Positions 38,960-52,911 of a DNA stretch of 64,000 nt are shown in pieces; position 1 is the stretch's first letter, and each line of letters begins with the position of its first letter. The stretch is from the NCBI RefSeq assembly GCF_039654945.1, contig NW_027361766.1, forward strand, positions 26,350,001 to 26,414,000. Reading direction: 5' to 3'. The notes below the pieces were generated by a model. It was not told the DNA's origin. It ran no database searches and was given only the letters and a program-made list of their open reading frames with translations. Position numbers and translations under genes: made by a program. The stretch comes from Dendrobates tinctorius (taxonomy: Eukaryota).

Positions 38960-39735
38960 AGGCCTTATTTAGATGTCCGTGTTGCATGTACATACATGTT
39001 ATATCTGTTTTGTTTTGTTTTTTCACTGATCGAAAACATGCCCATTATAATCTGTTGCTATAATTTGTCTGTCAAAAACTGAATGTTCCCCCCCCACAAC
39101 ACAGATGAAAAGTACTAATACAAGTCTATGGCTCCTTGAAAAACATGGACAGCACACGCGTGTCAAGATTGTGCTGTCCTTGCTTAATATTGCAAAGGCG
39201 AAGCTTTGTGATTTATCCACATGTGAAAAACAGATTGGCCAGGTAGTCATTATGTGTAAACGCTGACACACAGATCCAAAGCACTGATGACAGCCCTTTT
39301 CATATATGCCAAAAATTTTGATGTCTGAATGAGACTTTATAAAGTAAGCAAAGCAGCCTAAGGCCTCATTCACACATCCGTATTTAAACACATGCGTAAA
39401 AAAATGGTACCGTTGTCAGTGGTCTACATCGGTGTGCCTGTTTTTTACCATCAGTATTTTTCACATATGGGTAAAAAATCTGCTACAAAGCTTCTCCTGT
39501 ACTTTACATTGATACCCTCCATTTGGTGTACATGTTTTTCATGGACCCATAGTCTTTTATTGGCCCTTGTCATCTGTGCTGCTGGAAGCAAACTGACATT
39601 TTGCTGTGTGTTTCGCACGACACATGGTCGATGGAAAGACAGACTTGTGAATAGCCCCATAGAGGATAATGGGTACGTAACGTGAAAAATACTCCTAGAA
39701 CATGTATGCGCAACACGGAGGTCCAAATGAGGCAT
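38960..39735. mobile_element. Two adjacent degenerate Harbinger-type MITEs
   Basis: AGGCCTTATTTAGATGTC..TGTCTGAATGAGACT (~38960-39337) and AGGCCTCATTCACACATC..GTCCAAATGAGGCAT (~39361-39734), with TWA-like flanks. Confidence 0.5.
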
Positions 39736-41808
39736 AACCAGAATCTACACCTATGGTCCTCAGAAGTCACTGTGCTTATGTTGATATGACCGGATGGAGC
39801 TGTGATGCAGACTGGTACATTTGCAGATTCACTTCCTTGGATCCGAGGGGAAAGCTGTGATTTATCCGGGTACGTTCATTGGTTCCACCTTTGGACCTTG
39901 AACATGCGCAGAGCTCTCTACAGGTGCATGTTCGTGGGCGGAGAGATTAGTCAGCTTTTATATGCAAGGCGCAGAAGAAGAGTCCAAAATTTATCATAAA
40001 AAACAATCGGTGATATCTTGTTTTCTAAAAAAAAAAAAAAAATTTTATATGAACTCCCTTACGTGCCTGTACATGAACAAGTTCTGCGCCCATAGCTGTC
40101 ATGTTCGACACGGATCCACCATGATGACTGACAAAATGACTAGATAAAGGGTGTCCCATAAATTTATTTTTAATATCCTGGAGATGTTCATTTATCCTAA
40201 TTTTTAATGGGCGTTTTGTCCGCCCTACATATAATTTTTGGCAGGGGCACTGCGTGTATGCATATATTTTTGGGGATATTACATTTGCCTATAACAGCTG
40301 GAGGTTTCTCTTTTATTATCAGTATATTCTCTCCTTAAACCCCATCAAACGAGTGGCTCTAGGCGCAATAGTATTTTGTTAATATTAAATGTAGGAATAT
40401 CCCTGCCAGTTTGAAACATAGGAAAATCCCACATTTATTTTTTCTATAGTCCTGGAAAAGTTCTGTTTGATTCAATTTTAACAAAAAAAATTTTCTTTCC
40501 AAAAAAACAACTGGATATTCTATTCCAGATTAGATTAGCTGCCTACTTAAATGTGGGTGAGCTGGATTACACTTTATTTGTTGGCCTAGGTACCTCAGTT
40601 TCAGTGAAAGGAAATCTTAATGCTTTAACAAACCAAAACATTTTGGATAATTGTATGTTTCAACTTTAGGAAAAATTAGATTGCGACCCAAGCCCTCACA
40701 TCCAACATCTGTGTCTGACCTCACAAATGTTCTTCTGGATCAATGGGCAAACATTATTGTGGAAAACCTTCCAAGAAATTTTTTTTTTCGGCGAAGAGTA
40801 TGTAGCTATGCCAATACCGTTGTCTATATATTGTATATAAAATAGGAAAAAAGTTATGAAAGTTGTACACAGCCGTTAATGTTTTGATTAAACCGTTCCT
40901 CAGTGGTGGCACGTAATTTGTCTTCCCCTTGTAATACATTTCTTTTGCTTCACGGAGACTTCTCTTTCCCAACCAGCTTTTTTTTTTATTCATCCTCTGC
41001 TCCTTTGTGCAGTAATGTGTTTTCTGCCCCATCCCTTATGGTTTTATAGTTTGCACTACTCCATTTCAATTTTTTTTTAGAAATTGCTGCAGAATGATGG
41101 ATCACTCTAGTTAATGTGCCGTTTTTAATTTATTATTAAGGAAACCGTGATGGTCCAATTGCTATAATTAAAACATCTATACATGGTTTAAAACTTTCCA
41201 CCAATTTTTTATCTCCCCAATAGATCTATATTGAAAAATAAAGTTTGTAAATGGTCTTCATTAACATTTTTACTAAACAGTCTTTGCACGTAAGCATCAG
41301 AGTATCTCAATACCGTGTCAGATCATTGTGTGACATAATACAGCGGGGGTGCTTACATTTCTGCCTTTTGTGAGTCTTGTACGCAATTTTCGTATTTTTA
41401 AGTCAAAGATGAAAATAACAAAATATGATCAAACAATCATGATGAAGTATCTCACATTACTATACCTATAGTGTGTGTGGGCCCCAACAGTAATTTCCCG
41501 ATGTACCTTACTGTAAGACACATCCCACTTCTTCAGGGGCCATTTTGTGGATGGGAGAGCTGTGTAGTCTGCAAGGAAGGCTGTACAAAGAAGTGCAGGA
41601 AGAGAATCTGTGATTATATTACATATTGGTAAAGACCAAAGATTGCGTATTTTTGATCTACAGAATCTGCCAAATTAAATTGGACACAATGGAGTGCAGT
41701 TCGTCTATAAATTATGGAGAGAATTTTGCTAAATTTGAAGTTTTTCCCACCTGCTAAAAATGGAAAAGTCTAATTTTTTTGCAGGTACACTACAATTTTG
41801 AGAGCCAG

Positions 41809-41841
<33 letters not shown>

Positions 41842-43412
41842 CTTGGTGCAGAAACCTTTGTTTTGAATTACAGAAGTCAGATATGTACTGTAGTAATTGA
41901 CCAAGCTTGCAACAGGGATTTTGACCCTCTTCTCTAGACAGATCTTTCAGTTGGTCACTGGGTAACATTGAGTTTGAGCTCCTTCCAAAGATTTTCTATT
42001 GGATTCAGGTCTGGAGAATGGCTTGTCCACTCCAGAACTTTGAAGTACTTCTTTCAGGTCTTTTTCATGCTGGAAGACCCAGCCATGACCTATCTTCAAT
42101 GCTCTTACTGATGGAAGGAGGTTGTTGGCCAAAATCTTGCAACTCACGACCACTTCCATCGTCCCTTGAATATGGTGCAGTCAACCTGTCCCCTCTGCAG
42201 AAAAGCACCCCCAAAGTATGTTTCCCCCATCATGCTTCACGGTTGACACTGTTCTTGGGGTTGTTCTCAGCCTTCTTCCTCCAAACACGACGAATGGAGT
42301 TTATTCTAAAAAGTTCTGTTTTGGTCTCCTGACCTCATGGCCTTCTCCCATGCCTTCTCTGGATCATATAGATGGTCATTGGTGAATTTCAAAGGGGCCT
42401 AGACGTGTTGGCGTGAGCAGGGGACCTTGCATGCCCTGCCTGATTTTAATCCATGACTGTGCAGTGCGTTACTAGCGGTAATGGTTGAGACTGTTCCCTG
42501 CTCTCTTCAGGTCATTGACCAGGTCCTCACGTGTAGTTCTGGGCTGATTCCTGAGCTTTCTCAGAGTCATCCTTGCCCCGCGAGGCTAGATAGTGCATGG
42601 TGATCATGCATTGAGGAAGATTGACCGACATCTTGTGTTTCTTCCATTTTCTAATAATTGTACCAACAATTGTTGCCTTCTCACCAAGCTGCTTGCCTAC
42701 GGTCCTGTAGCCCATACCAGCCTTCTGCAGGTCTACAATTTTGTCCTTAGACAGCTATTTGGTCTTGGCCATTGAGGAGAGTTTGAAGTGTGATTCATAG
42801 AATGGCAGAGTTGGAAGGGACCTCCTGGTTCATCTGGTCCAACCCCCTGCTCAAAGCAGGTTTCACTAAATAATCCCAGACAGATGTCTGTCCAGCCTCT
42901 GTTTGAAGACTTCCATGGGAGGAGAACTCACCACCTCTCATGGCAGCCTGTTCCACTCATTGATCACCCTGTCAAAAAGTTTTTTTCTAATATCTAATCT
43001 GTCTCCTCCCATTCAGTTTCATCCCATTGCTTTTAGTCTTTCCTTGTGCAAATGAGAATAAAGATGATCCTTCTACAATGTAACAGCCCTTGATATATTT
43101 GTAGACAGCTATTAAGTCTCCTCTCAGTCTTATTTGCAAGCTAAACTTTCCCAAATCCTGTAACCGTTCCTCATAGGACATGGTTTGCAGACCGGTCACT
43201 CTTCTCTGAACTTGCTCCAGTTTGTTGTCTTTTTTAAAATGTGTTCAAAACTGGACACAGTATTCCAGATGAAGTCTGACCAGAGAGGAGTAGAGGGCAA
43301 TAATGATTTCACGTGATCTAGTCTGTATGCTTCTGTTAATACATCCCAGAATTGCCTTTTTTTGCTGCTGCATCACACTGTTGACTCATGCTCAGTTTAT
43401 GATCTATTAGTA

Positions 43413-43563
43413 CAGGGTTCCCCAACTCCAGTCCTCAAGGCCCACCAACAGATCATGTTTTCAGGATTTCCTTTGTATTGCACAGGTGATGCAACTATCA
43501 CCTGAGCAATACTAAAAACATGATCTGTTGGTGGGTCTTGAGGACTGGAGTTGAGGAACCCTG
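43413..43563. mobile_element. 151-bp hAT-type MITE inside the CR1
   Basis: CAGGGTTCCCCAACTCCAGTCCTCAAG ... CTTGAGGACTGGAGTTGAGGAACCCTG; TSD TATTAGTA / TGTTAGTA. Confidence 0.88.
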
Positions 43564-46064
43564 TGTTAGTATACCCAAGTCTTTTTCACATGTGCTGTTG
43601 CTTACCCTATTCCTCCCATTCTGTATGTTTGGTTTTTTTTTTCATTTTTAATGCCCAGATGTAATACTTTGCATTTTTCCCTGATAAAAACCATTCTGAT
43701 AGTTGCTGCTCACTGCTCCAGTTTATTTTATATCTTTTTGAATCCTTTCGCTCTCTTCTCTAGTATTAGCTATCCCTCCTAGCTTTGTGTCATCAGCAAA
43801 TTTAATCAGTTTACCCTCAACTCCATCATCTAAATCGTTGATAAAGATGTTGAACAATACAGGGCCCAGGACAGAACCCCTGTGGTACCCCAACTGAGAC
43901 ATTCTTCCAACTGGATGTGCAGCCATTTATGACCACTCTTTGGGCCCGATCACTAAGCCAGTTATGAATCTACCTAACAGTTGCCTTGTCCATTCCAAAC
44001 TTAGTCATTTTTTTCAATAAGGATGGTGTGAGATACTTTGTCAAATGCTTTCCTGAAGTCAAGATATACTATATCTACAGCATTTCACTTATCCACCCAG
44101 TCAGTGATTCTGTCATAGAAGGAAATTAAGTTAATCTGACATGACTTATTAGTTACAAACCCATGCTGACTCTGGTTAATAACTTAATTCTTATCCAGGT
44201 ACTTATATACATGTTTAATAATTTATTCAAAGATCTTTCCTGGTATAGAAGTCACTCACCGGCCTATAGTTCCCTGGGTCCACCTTCTTCCACTTTTTGA
44301 AGATGGGAACAACATTTGCTCTTCTCCAGTCTTCTGGAACTTCTGTTCTCCAAGAATTTTCAAAGATTATGGAGAGTGGTTCAAAATTTTTTTCTGCCAT
44401 CTCCTTCAGTACTTTGGGGTGTAATTCATCTCGACCTGGAGAATTTATTTACGTTAGCTAAGTGTTAAGTGTTTCCTCACGATCTTTCTGTTTATAGATA
44501 TCCTAGATTCTTCTATTCCTTTAATAGTACAGTGAAGATCAGATGATGTTGCATTTCCTGTCTGAGAGAAAACAGAGGCAAAATAGCAATTTAAAAGTTT
44601 GGCCTTAACATTTTTTCTTACCATTTCATCATTTTCATCCTGTAAAAATCCTATAGCATCTTTGACTCTTTTACTTTTGACGTATCCCCCAAATCCTTTT
44701 TTATTGCTTTTGACGTTTCTTGCAAGCCTTAATTCATTGTCAGCTTTAGTTAATCTGATTAGAGCCCTGCAGGTTCTGCAGACAGCATTATATTCTTCTT
44801 TAGATATGCCTCCTCTTTCCATTTGATAAACATTTTTCTTCATTTTTAGCAAGTCTTTAAGTTCTGTGTTCATCCATCCTGGTTTCCTTAAATGGTTCGT
44901 ATTCTTCTCTTTTTTAGAATTGTTAACGATTGTGCTTTGAGAATCTCATTTTTCAAGCTTTCCCATCCTTCCTGAACATTTTTGTCCTTCAGAATATCCA
45001 GCCATTGGATTCCTCCGATTATCTTTCTGAGTCCCTTTAAAATCTGCCTTTCTGAAATCTAACCTGAGTCTTCACAGGTCTTCCTCCTCTAGTTATCCAA
45101 AATTCTACAATAGCATGGTCGCTACCTCCTAGGGACCCAGCTACTCTTACCACCTCAACCATTTCCTCCCTGTTTATAAGGATTAGATCCAAGGTAGCAG
45201 ATCCCCTTGTTTTCTCCCCTACCTTTTGGAAGATAGTTGTCAGCAAGAGAGGATAAGAATTTGCTTGATCTGTTAGTTTTGCCTGAGAGAGATTCCCAAC
45301 AAATGTCTGGATAGTTAAAATCTCCCATGACCACTGTCATATTTTTTGGAGAACTTGGCCATTTGATGCATAAAGAGTTCATCCATATCTTCAGCTTGCA
45401 CAGGCAGCCTGTAGTAAATGCCTACAATGGTGTCTTTCTGTTCTCTCCTTGTATTCTTACCCAGTTTCCACAGAACTCCCAGTCTCTGAAGCATGGATCT
45501 CTGTGCAGATATATGCTTTTCTAACATATGATGCCTCACCTCCTCGTTTATCAAGTCTGTTTCTTGCAAATAAGTTGTATCCTTCTAGCCTTGTATTCCA
45601 ATTATGTGTATCATCCCACCAAGTCTCAGTGATTCCAATGACATCATATTTCTTTTCCTGCATTAGTAGTTCCAATTCACCTTGTTTATTGCCCATGCTT
45701 TGTGCTTTAGTATAGAAACATTTTAGTTTGTGATTGGTTTCTCTCCCTCCAGTATTATTTGTGTTTTGTTTTTTTTTGTCTTTGCTCTTCCTTTCCACTT
45801 CTAATAGCAGAGTTCTCAATAGTATTTGTCAGGTGTATGGCTTTTTCTGGCCTTTTGCTTCCCTTCCCACATTGTTCTAGTTTAAAGGGAATCTGTCACC
45901 CCTTTTTTTGAGATATCATTCAATTGTGTGTCACATAAGGATTCTCTTAGTACTTTTGCTTCCCCCTGACCCCGCACCTTTCATGCATAAATACCTTTTT
46001 TATATTGGTTCAGATGTATGTAAACTGCCGCTGTCTGGTCTGCTGGGCGGGGCTTATTCACCTG

Positions 46065-48870
46065 TGTGAGGAACTGAAATACTTTCCCAGCACAGATGAC
46101 TAGTTACCTCAATTTATGTTGTATTTACATGCAATGACCTTATCTGGTGGGGGAATGTGCCTTTCTTTCTCTCAGCAGGGGGACCACTTGGGTTCACACC
46201 ACTCCAGACTGGCCGGAGACTTCACTGGCTGTGAATTCAATGTACATTGGTTAGGGGGTTGGGAGTAGAGTTGAGATACTTGATGTGGCAGTGCAGTTGT
46301 GTCTGGGGATCTGAAGCGAAAGGAGCAAAGTTAAGGCCGCTCCTGGAACCCATGATTGGACTATCGAACTTGGAACTAAGTTTTCTCGGGCTTCGGTCAT
46401 GAGATCTATATTCCCCTAGAAATTAACCCATGGACTATTTTTACTGACTTGTTGCTGATCCCGTGGACTGGGGGCATTACATTGGGGTCATCTACCTGGA
46501 CTTACTGAAATGCTTGTATGGATACAAATAAAACTTGTTGCATCGTTAACCTGCCTAGGTGATTACTAACACCCACAACTCTAGATCTTCACAAGTGGTG
46601 GCAGCGGTGGGATCACCTATCTCTGAACAGCGTAACAGAGAAAGTTACTGATGGTGACTTGGCAGAAGAGATGGCAGACTCCATCTACAAGAGACTCAAG
46701 TAGGAGCAGCTGAGAGCCCTGTGCTCTGGGAGAGAGCTGGAGTGGTCGATGGCGGACAACCGGATGGCCCTAATACAACGCTTGGACGAGTGGGATCGAG
46801 AACACCCACAGGAGGAGATCAGTCCGGATGTAGAAGAGGACAGCCCAGTGGACGGACAACAGCCACGGGCAATCATTCCGATGGCAGAGGATCGATTGAC
46901 CGAGTTGGGGCGGGTGCTGGCTGCGCTAGGAGAGCGGGCCACAGAGAATGGGCGGCTGTGATAAGCAAATATCTGGGTGTCCATGTAGCCATAATCCCAC
47001 CACCCTCTGCGCAGATGACAGTGGATAACGGGAGAGAGGGACCCACATCTTTGAGGTACCGGGACATACCACAGTTTAATGAAGACACCACGGGTATTGA
47101 TGACCATCTCCAATTATTTGAGAACCTCTGCCTGCTTCATGAGGTGTCCATTGAGGACTGGCCGAGATTTTTGAGTGTTGGCCTGACCGGGAAAGCCAGC
47201 TTTTAATAACTTGTCTTCTGGGGATCAGAGGTGTTGCGCTACCATTCGCAGCGCATTACTGGAGAGGTATGCCGTCACACGTGAAACCTACCGGAGGAAG
47301 TTTCGGGAGACTGAAAAGCCCAAAGCACATACGCACCGGGAGTTTGCCAACACATTACGTACAGCATGTGCTCAGTGGATCGAAAAACTGGGAGCTCGGA
47401 AAGCTGAACATGTCTTGGATATATTCATGCGGGAGCAATTTTATGTCCAAGCTCCCACGTGACATAAAGGAATGGGTGGCGGATAGAAAACCACGGAGTC
47501 TGGAGGAGGCTGCAAGATTGGCTGATGATTGGTCTGCCAATTGTCCAGGGCGGTGTGGGATAACAGCTCCGGCAAGTCGGGAACAGGGGCTTCCCGAGAG
47601 GCCAGCGAGACCCATGGTCCAGCGAGAGGAGGAACTGCGAGGATTTCATACTCTACAAAGAGGGGGAGGTCTCCAAAAACCCCAAGTACGGCCAGCATCA
47701 GGGCGAGGGGGATTAAGCTGCCATAGCTGTGGACACATGGGACACTTCGCCAGGGAATGCCGGGCCCATTCGGGTCCACGTCATCCGCATTTCCAACCTG
47801 TGAACAGTGTACTGCAATGGGGCTGGAATGCTGGGGGCGAGAAAAGAGGGGGAGGTCCCCCAAAACCCCAAGTACGGCCCACATCAGGGCGAGGTGGACT
47901 AAGCTGCCATAACTGCGGACGCAGGGGACACTTCGCCAGGGAATGCTGGGCACATTCGAGTCCATGTAGCTGGAGGAGAATTTTTGAACATTCGGACAGC
48001 CCGACTACATTTAGACTGGGGACACAGCAAGGGAATGGTGGATGCGGGGGTAGTGCGACACCTACCTGTGGATGTGTTGCTGGGCAACAACTTAGGAGCA
48101 GGGTTGGTGTGCCACTGGACCAGTGTCGCAACCCGAAGCCAAGGACTCATTCCCGCTGCATCTGAAGAACTCGACATGCCAAATTACCTCCCGCCAGTGT
48201 GGGAGAGACCACGGCAATGCTGATGGACTATCGAGACAGACTGAGCAAGCCACGAACTCTGGTAATTGTCAGAAGAAGGATAGTCCATTTCATGAATTGG
48301 AGCCCAATACTTGCCGTGCTGGAAAAGTAGGGGAGGAAGGTGAGGAACTGAAATACTTTCCCAGCACAGATGACTAGTTACCTCAATTTATATTGTATTT
48401 ACATGCAATGACCTTATCTGGTGGGGGAATATGTGCCTTTCTTTCTCTCGGCAGGGGGGGCCACTTGGGTTCACACCACTCCAGACTGGCCGTAGACTTC
48501 ACTGGCTGTGAATTCAATGTACATTGGTTAGGGGGTTGGGAGTAGAGTTGAGATACTTGATGGTGGAGTGTAGTTGTGTCTGGGGATCTGAAGCGAAAGG
48601 AGCAGAGTTAAGGCCGCTCCTGGAACCTATGAATGGACTATCGAACTTGGAACTAAGTTTTCTCGGGCTTTGGTCGTGAGATCTATATTCCCCTAGGAAT
48701 TAACCCATGGATTATTTTTACTGACTTGTTGCTGATCCCATGGACTGGGGGCATTACATTGGGGTCATCTACCTGGACTTACTGAAATGCTTGTATGGAT
48801 ACAAATAAAACTTGTTGCATCGTTAACCTGCCTAGTTGATTACTAACACCCACAACTCTAGATCTTCACA
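46065..48870 (+). mobile_element. Internally deleted Gmr1-like Gypsy LTR retrotransposon
   Basis: LTRs 46065-46593 and 48339-48870; 5-bp TSD ACCTG; PPT ~48323-48338; gag remnant with SCAN-like segment (ETYRRKFR..EQFY..WVADRKPRSLEEAARLAD) and two CCHC knuckles; protease tail (DVLLGN) joined to the RNase H end (HGNADGLSR). Confidence 0.92.
46596..46613 (+). promoter_or_regulatory. Primer-binding site complementary to the 3' end of tRNA-Leu
   Basis: TGGTGGCAGCGGTGGGAT, 2 nt after the 5' LTR; reverse complement of the vertebrate tRNA-Leu(AAG/TAG) end ATCCCACCGCTGCCACCA (recalled sequence). Confidence 0.85.
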
Positions 48871-51800
48871 ACCTGCTCCCCCCCCTCCCTGTCTTGCTCT
48901 ACGCATTTCTTCTTGTGTAGAGCAAGATAGGGAGGGGGGGAGCAGTTGAATAAGCCCCGCCCATCGGACCGTACCATGGCAGTTTACATACATCTGAACC
49001 GATATAAAAAGGTATTTATGCATGAAAGGTGCGGGGTCAGGGGGAGGCAAAAATAGTAAGAGAATCCTTATGTGACACACAACCGAATATTATATGATAT
49101 CTCAAAAAAGGGGTGACAGATTCCCTTTAAAGCTCTCCTGATGTGTAGCAAGGCGACTTTCCAGTCTTCCTAAGGTGCACCCCATCTCTAGCAAGCAGTC
49201 CATCATATAGGTAATTCACTCCGTGATCCAGAAATCCAAATCCTTGCTGAAGGCATCATCGACGTAGCCAGTTGTTCACCTGCAGAATCTTATTCCACCT
49301 CCTTGTTCAATGGCCATTCACTGGGAGGATGGAAGAGAAGACCACCTGTGCTCCCAGTTCTTTCACTTTCTTATCTATGTTTTCAAAGTCACTGCAGATG
49401 GTTTCCAGGTCCTTTCTTGCGGTGTCATTTGTCCCCACATGTATTAGCAGGAATGGCTGGTCATCTGTAGGTCTGAAGAGTCCTGATATCCTATCAGACA
49501 TATCTTAAATTTTTGCACCTGGAAGACAGCACATTTCTCTTGAGGTTATATCCGGTCTGCAGATAGCGGCCTCTGTTCCTCTCAACAGGGAATCCCCCAT
49601 GACCACAACTGTTAATTCACATTTTTCTTTCTCCATCCAGGAGGACTCTGAGGGCGTACAAGGTTCTTCTTTGTGGGTAAAGTCTTATCATGATGTATTT
49701 CTTCATCGTTCGCCTTCGTGAGAGCCTGGTACTGGTTCTTGAGCAGTATGGGCGCTGACTGCCTCCCGATTCTCCTGCTTCTCTGTGTCACATGCTTTCA
49801 TTTCTCTTTCTTCAGGTGCACTTCAAATTTATTCTTTCTGTAACATGAAGAGATAATTCTGCTCTAAGAACTCTTCACCTTCATTAATGATTTTCAATGT
49901 AGCTAACCTCTCTTCTAGATTTTGCAACTTTTCCTCCAACAGGGACACAGGCTTGCATTTCTGGCATGTGAAGTTTGGCTTTTCCACTGGTAAACTGAGA
50001 GTGTAGTATACAAGTATCTTTTATACAGATAATGAGTTCAAACATGCAATTATTGCAGGTAATGAGTGAAGAGTAGGAGGGCTTCTTAAGGAAAAACTGA
50101 GGTTTGTGAGAGTTGGCTCCATATTTCTTCTCACTAAGCCATGATTTTGAAGCAGCTCAATTGACTACATCACATTTGAAATTGTCACCACCTTGTCGTA
50201 GTCCCATGTTTTGGCATATCCATATTTTGCGTAACTTTTCCTATGAGTACTCTACACCTACTACTCTATGCCCCATGACCTTTATCTCCCTGTCACTCTG
50301 CCCAGACAGGTTTTTCCAAATTCTAATTTAAGCCTTTCTCTATGCATGCTGGTGTGATGTGATGACATTCAGTGCATGGAGCCAGAGACAACCTGGCACA
50401 CAGGCATGTGTCACCAAGGCCATCGCACCAAAGAAAAACTTGCGATTGGGTGTCAAATCTGGTGCGGGGTGTAATGGATCATTCTACAAGTTTTTGTCCC
50501 AGCTACTCCCACTAACTATAACCTGCTCACCAAACAAAATCATGTGGAATGGTTTGAAAGCTTAATGGTGGTTTATTATTCTACCTTATCCTTCCCTAGA
50601 AATCGTTTCAATATCTGTCCGAGACCCTTTTAGCTCACCATTGATACAGAGGAGAGAGCCCTGCTCATGTGGCCTTGCATTCTACCTGATTTTCATGCAC
50701 TCCTTCTAACATGCATTATGTTCTTTGTGCCTTTTCACATGTTCATTTTTTTCTCTGAACCGAAGGAATAAAAAAAAAACCATGTCCAAATCCAAACTGA
50801 AGACTAAAATCGCCAATTCTAATGCTGTTTCAAATGGATGCACCTGCACGACATCCATGTTGCACCTGCATTCTGACATGTGAATTCGATCTTTTGATTA
50901 GAATCTATTCCACTCCACTTTTTTTTTTTTTTTTTTTTTTACATTGTTTGTGAATTGGGTTTGTTTAAACTCTGTGCATTTCCATAGCTCTTGACTTGTA
51001 GAAATAAGGTCTGATTCATCGATATTTTATCTTTCCTTCCTAGAATAATGGGGCATTTAGACATGCTGATTTTAGCCAACAATGAACCATAACCAAGAAT
51101 CGATTGACTATATAGGAGTTGATTGGCTCTCGCTTGTTTAGACAGGCTGAATAAATACTGATGAAAACCGAATGACCATTAATACAATTGTTCTGTTGCC
51201 ACATATCATGTTATCTGGAGCGCATCCCTCTTTACACTGTGCCCTGTTCTGCTAATAATGACGTCCATACCGGCTTAAAAGATTTAATCATGTGATAAAA
51301 AACAGCGTAATGCTCCTTCATTGGGTGATTGCTGGCATATGTACATAGGCTAATAGTTGGAAATAAGTATTTGCATCATAACATGAAAAAAAACACATGA
51401 GGAGGTGTTCACCATTTGATAAATTTGTCACATTTTTCAAGTCTGCCCTTTCTTAGTCTACTCAATCTATAGTGAATTCGGCCACTCCAACCTTTCGTTA
51501 AGCATTACTTGTGCTAGGGGCTGATATATAACTGCAAAAGTTGCAAAATTTGTATGTGGGCAAAAAAAGTCCGTCATTGATAATGAGGGTCCATTCAGAT
51601 CAGTGGAGGGTGGACACACAGCAATCCCATCAATCAGCTGTTCTATCCTCCAGAAGCCACCACTCTGTTATTTGGAACCATGTGAGTGAGCAGTGGATTC
51701 TACTCTATACACTGTTTATATCCGTCTGTTGCAGAGGGTTATAACCTCTGATTGGGGGATGCCGGGTGCTCAACCCCACCATTCGGATATTGATGACGTA

Positions 51801-52088
51801 TCCTGAAGATAGATCAACAATATTGATGCAGTGGAAAACCCCTTTAACCTAAATGAACATTGTTGCAACCCCAATACACACCATTCCCATACATGTCTAC
51901 TTACATTAGGCTATGCTTGGAGGAGGGTAGGTGCTTCCCTCCATTTCCAATTTTTTATTTATTTTAGCTGAAGTATTGAATCTGCGGTTTGTGCACGCCA
52001 GAAAAAACACTGATTTTCAGCTGAAAAATTAGCGCTTATTTTAATGTGACATTTGTGCAGCTTTGACTTGCAAAAGTGTTCCATTATA

Positions 52089-52102
52089 CCACCAGGTGGA
52101 GC
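52089..52102 (+). promoter_or_regulatory. Candidate CTCF site
   Basis: CCACCAGGTGGAGC vs consensus CCASYAGRKGGCRS (one mismatch); motif match only. Confidence 0.3.
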
Positions 52103-52471
52103 CAGAGTTTAGCTATTGTGCCACCCAATGCTCGCAGACATAAGCTCTTCATTCCAGTGCAAGCAGAAGTCAAATAACGCAAAACATGCAATGCGTCCTA
52201 GCAGCATGGGATCCACTCTAGTAGCAGCAGAGGCAGCTGATGTTCCATCAGCTGGAACACTTTATTTTCAGGGTGCTACAACTAGAAAAGACAAAAACAT
52301 AAAATCCCTTTCATTTACCGCACATCTGAAACTCGTATAGCGACCTAACACTCTTGCAGACTCCTGCTAATGTAAAACACCTTGGCCAAATGGGAGGAGT
52401 GCTGGTACCAACCAAAGAAGGTAGTTGACAGTATGCAAAATGCTACAACTGTAGAAAAAAAATCCCTAGAT

Positions 52472-52911
52472 CAGGAGTGGGCAATTAATTTTCCCGAGGG
52501 GCCACATGAGACCATGACTGTTGTGGAGGGCCGAACCAATAGCTTGAAATTAATTCTACTCAATATTAACTTACAATTAATATTAATATCACTTAATATT
52601 GAGCAGAATTAAGTATGCTGACACCCCCCTATATATCCTTAACCTCCCCCACAGACCCTTATATACAGCATGAGCCTCACACAGCCTACTACATATGCGG
52701 CATGAGCCCCACACAGCCTCCCCATATACTGCATGAGCCCCCACACAGCCTCCCCATATACTGCATGAGCCCCCACACAGCCTCCCCATATACTGCATGA
52801 GCCCCCACACAGCCTCCCCATATACTGCATGAGCCCCCACACAGCCTCCCCATATACTGCATGAGCCCCCACACAGCCTCCCCATATATTGCATGACAGC
52901 ATACAACCTTC
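52472..52911. mobile_element. Left end of a minisatellite-bearing non-autonomous hAT-like element, with a first 32-bp minisatellite (~52680-52895)
   Basis: CAGGAGTGGGCAATTAATTTT terminus (hAT-like CAGGGGTGGGCAA); repeat unit CACAGCCTCCCCATATACTGCATGAGCCCCCA. No matching right TIR seen. Confidence 0.55.

Larger units (their letters stand above)
45886..49126. mobile_element. Kolobok/T2-type MITE inserted at the CR1 ORF1/ORF2 junction, hosting an LTR element
   Basis: TTAA|AGGGAATCTGTCACCCCTTTTTT..GAGATATCAT ... ATGATATCTCAAAAAAGGGGTGACAGATTCCCT|TTAA. Confidence 0.92.
42795..49992 (-). mobile_element. CR1 LINE, near full length and decayed, with nested insertions
   Basis: 3' end ..GCCATTCTATGA; RT (GSVLGPVLFNIFINDL, KFADDTKL); endonuclease (KCFYTKAQSMGNK, GITETWW, GDFNYPDICW); ORF1 SGNH esterase (MGDSLLRG, IHVGTND). 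Confidence 0.92.
41730..50115 (-). mobile_element. Degenerate Tc1 element split by a CR1 insertion (ends approximate)
   Basis: Minus-strand transposase remnants ([27 protein letters not shown]; GWVFQHEKD; [10 protein letters not shown]) at 41950-42775; Tc1-like 5' sequence resumes at ~49993. Confidence 0.7.

Noticed and set aside
50120-50690. Possible old L1/Tx1-like ORF2 3' fragment
   Set aside because: Too degenerate to support by eye; needs a repeat-library search.
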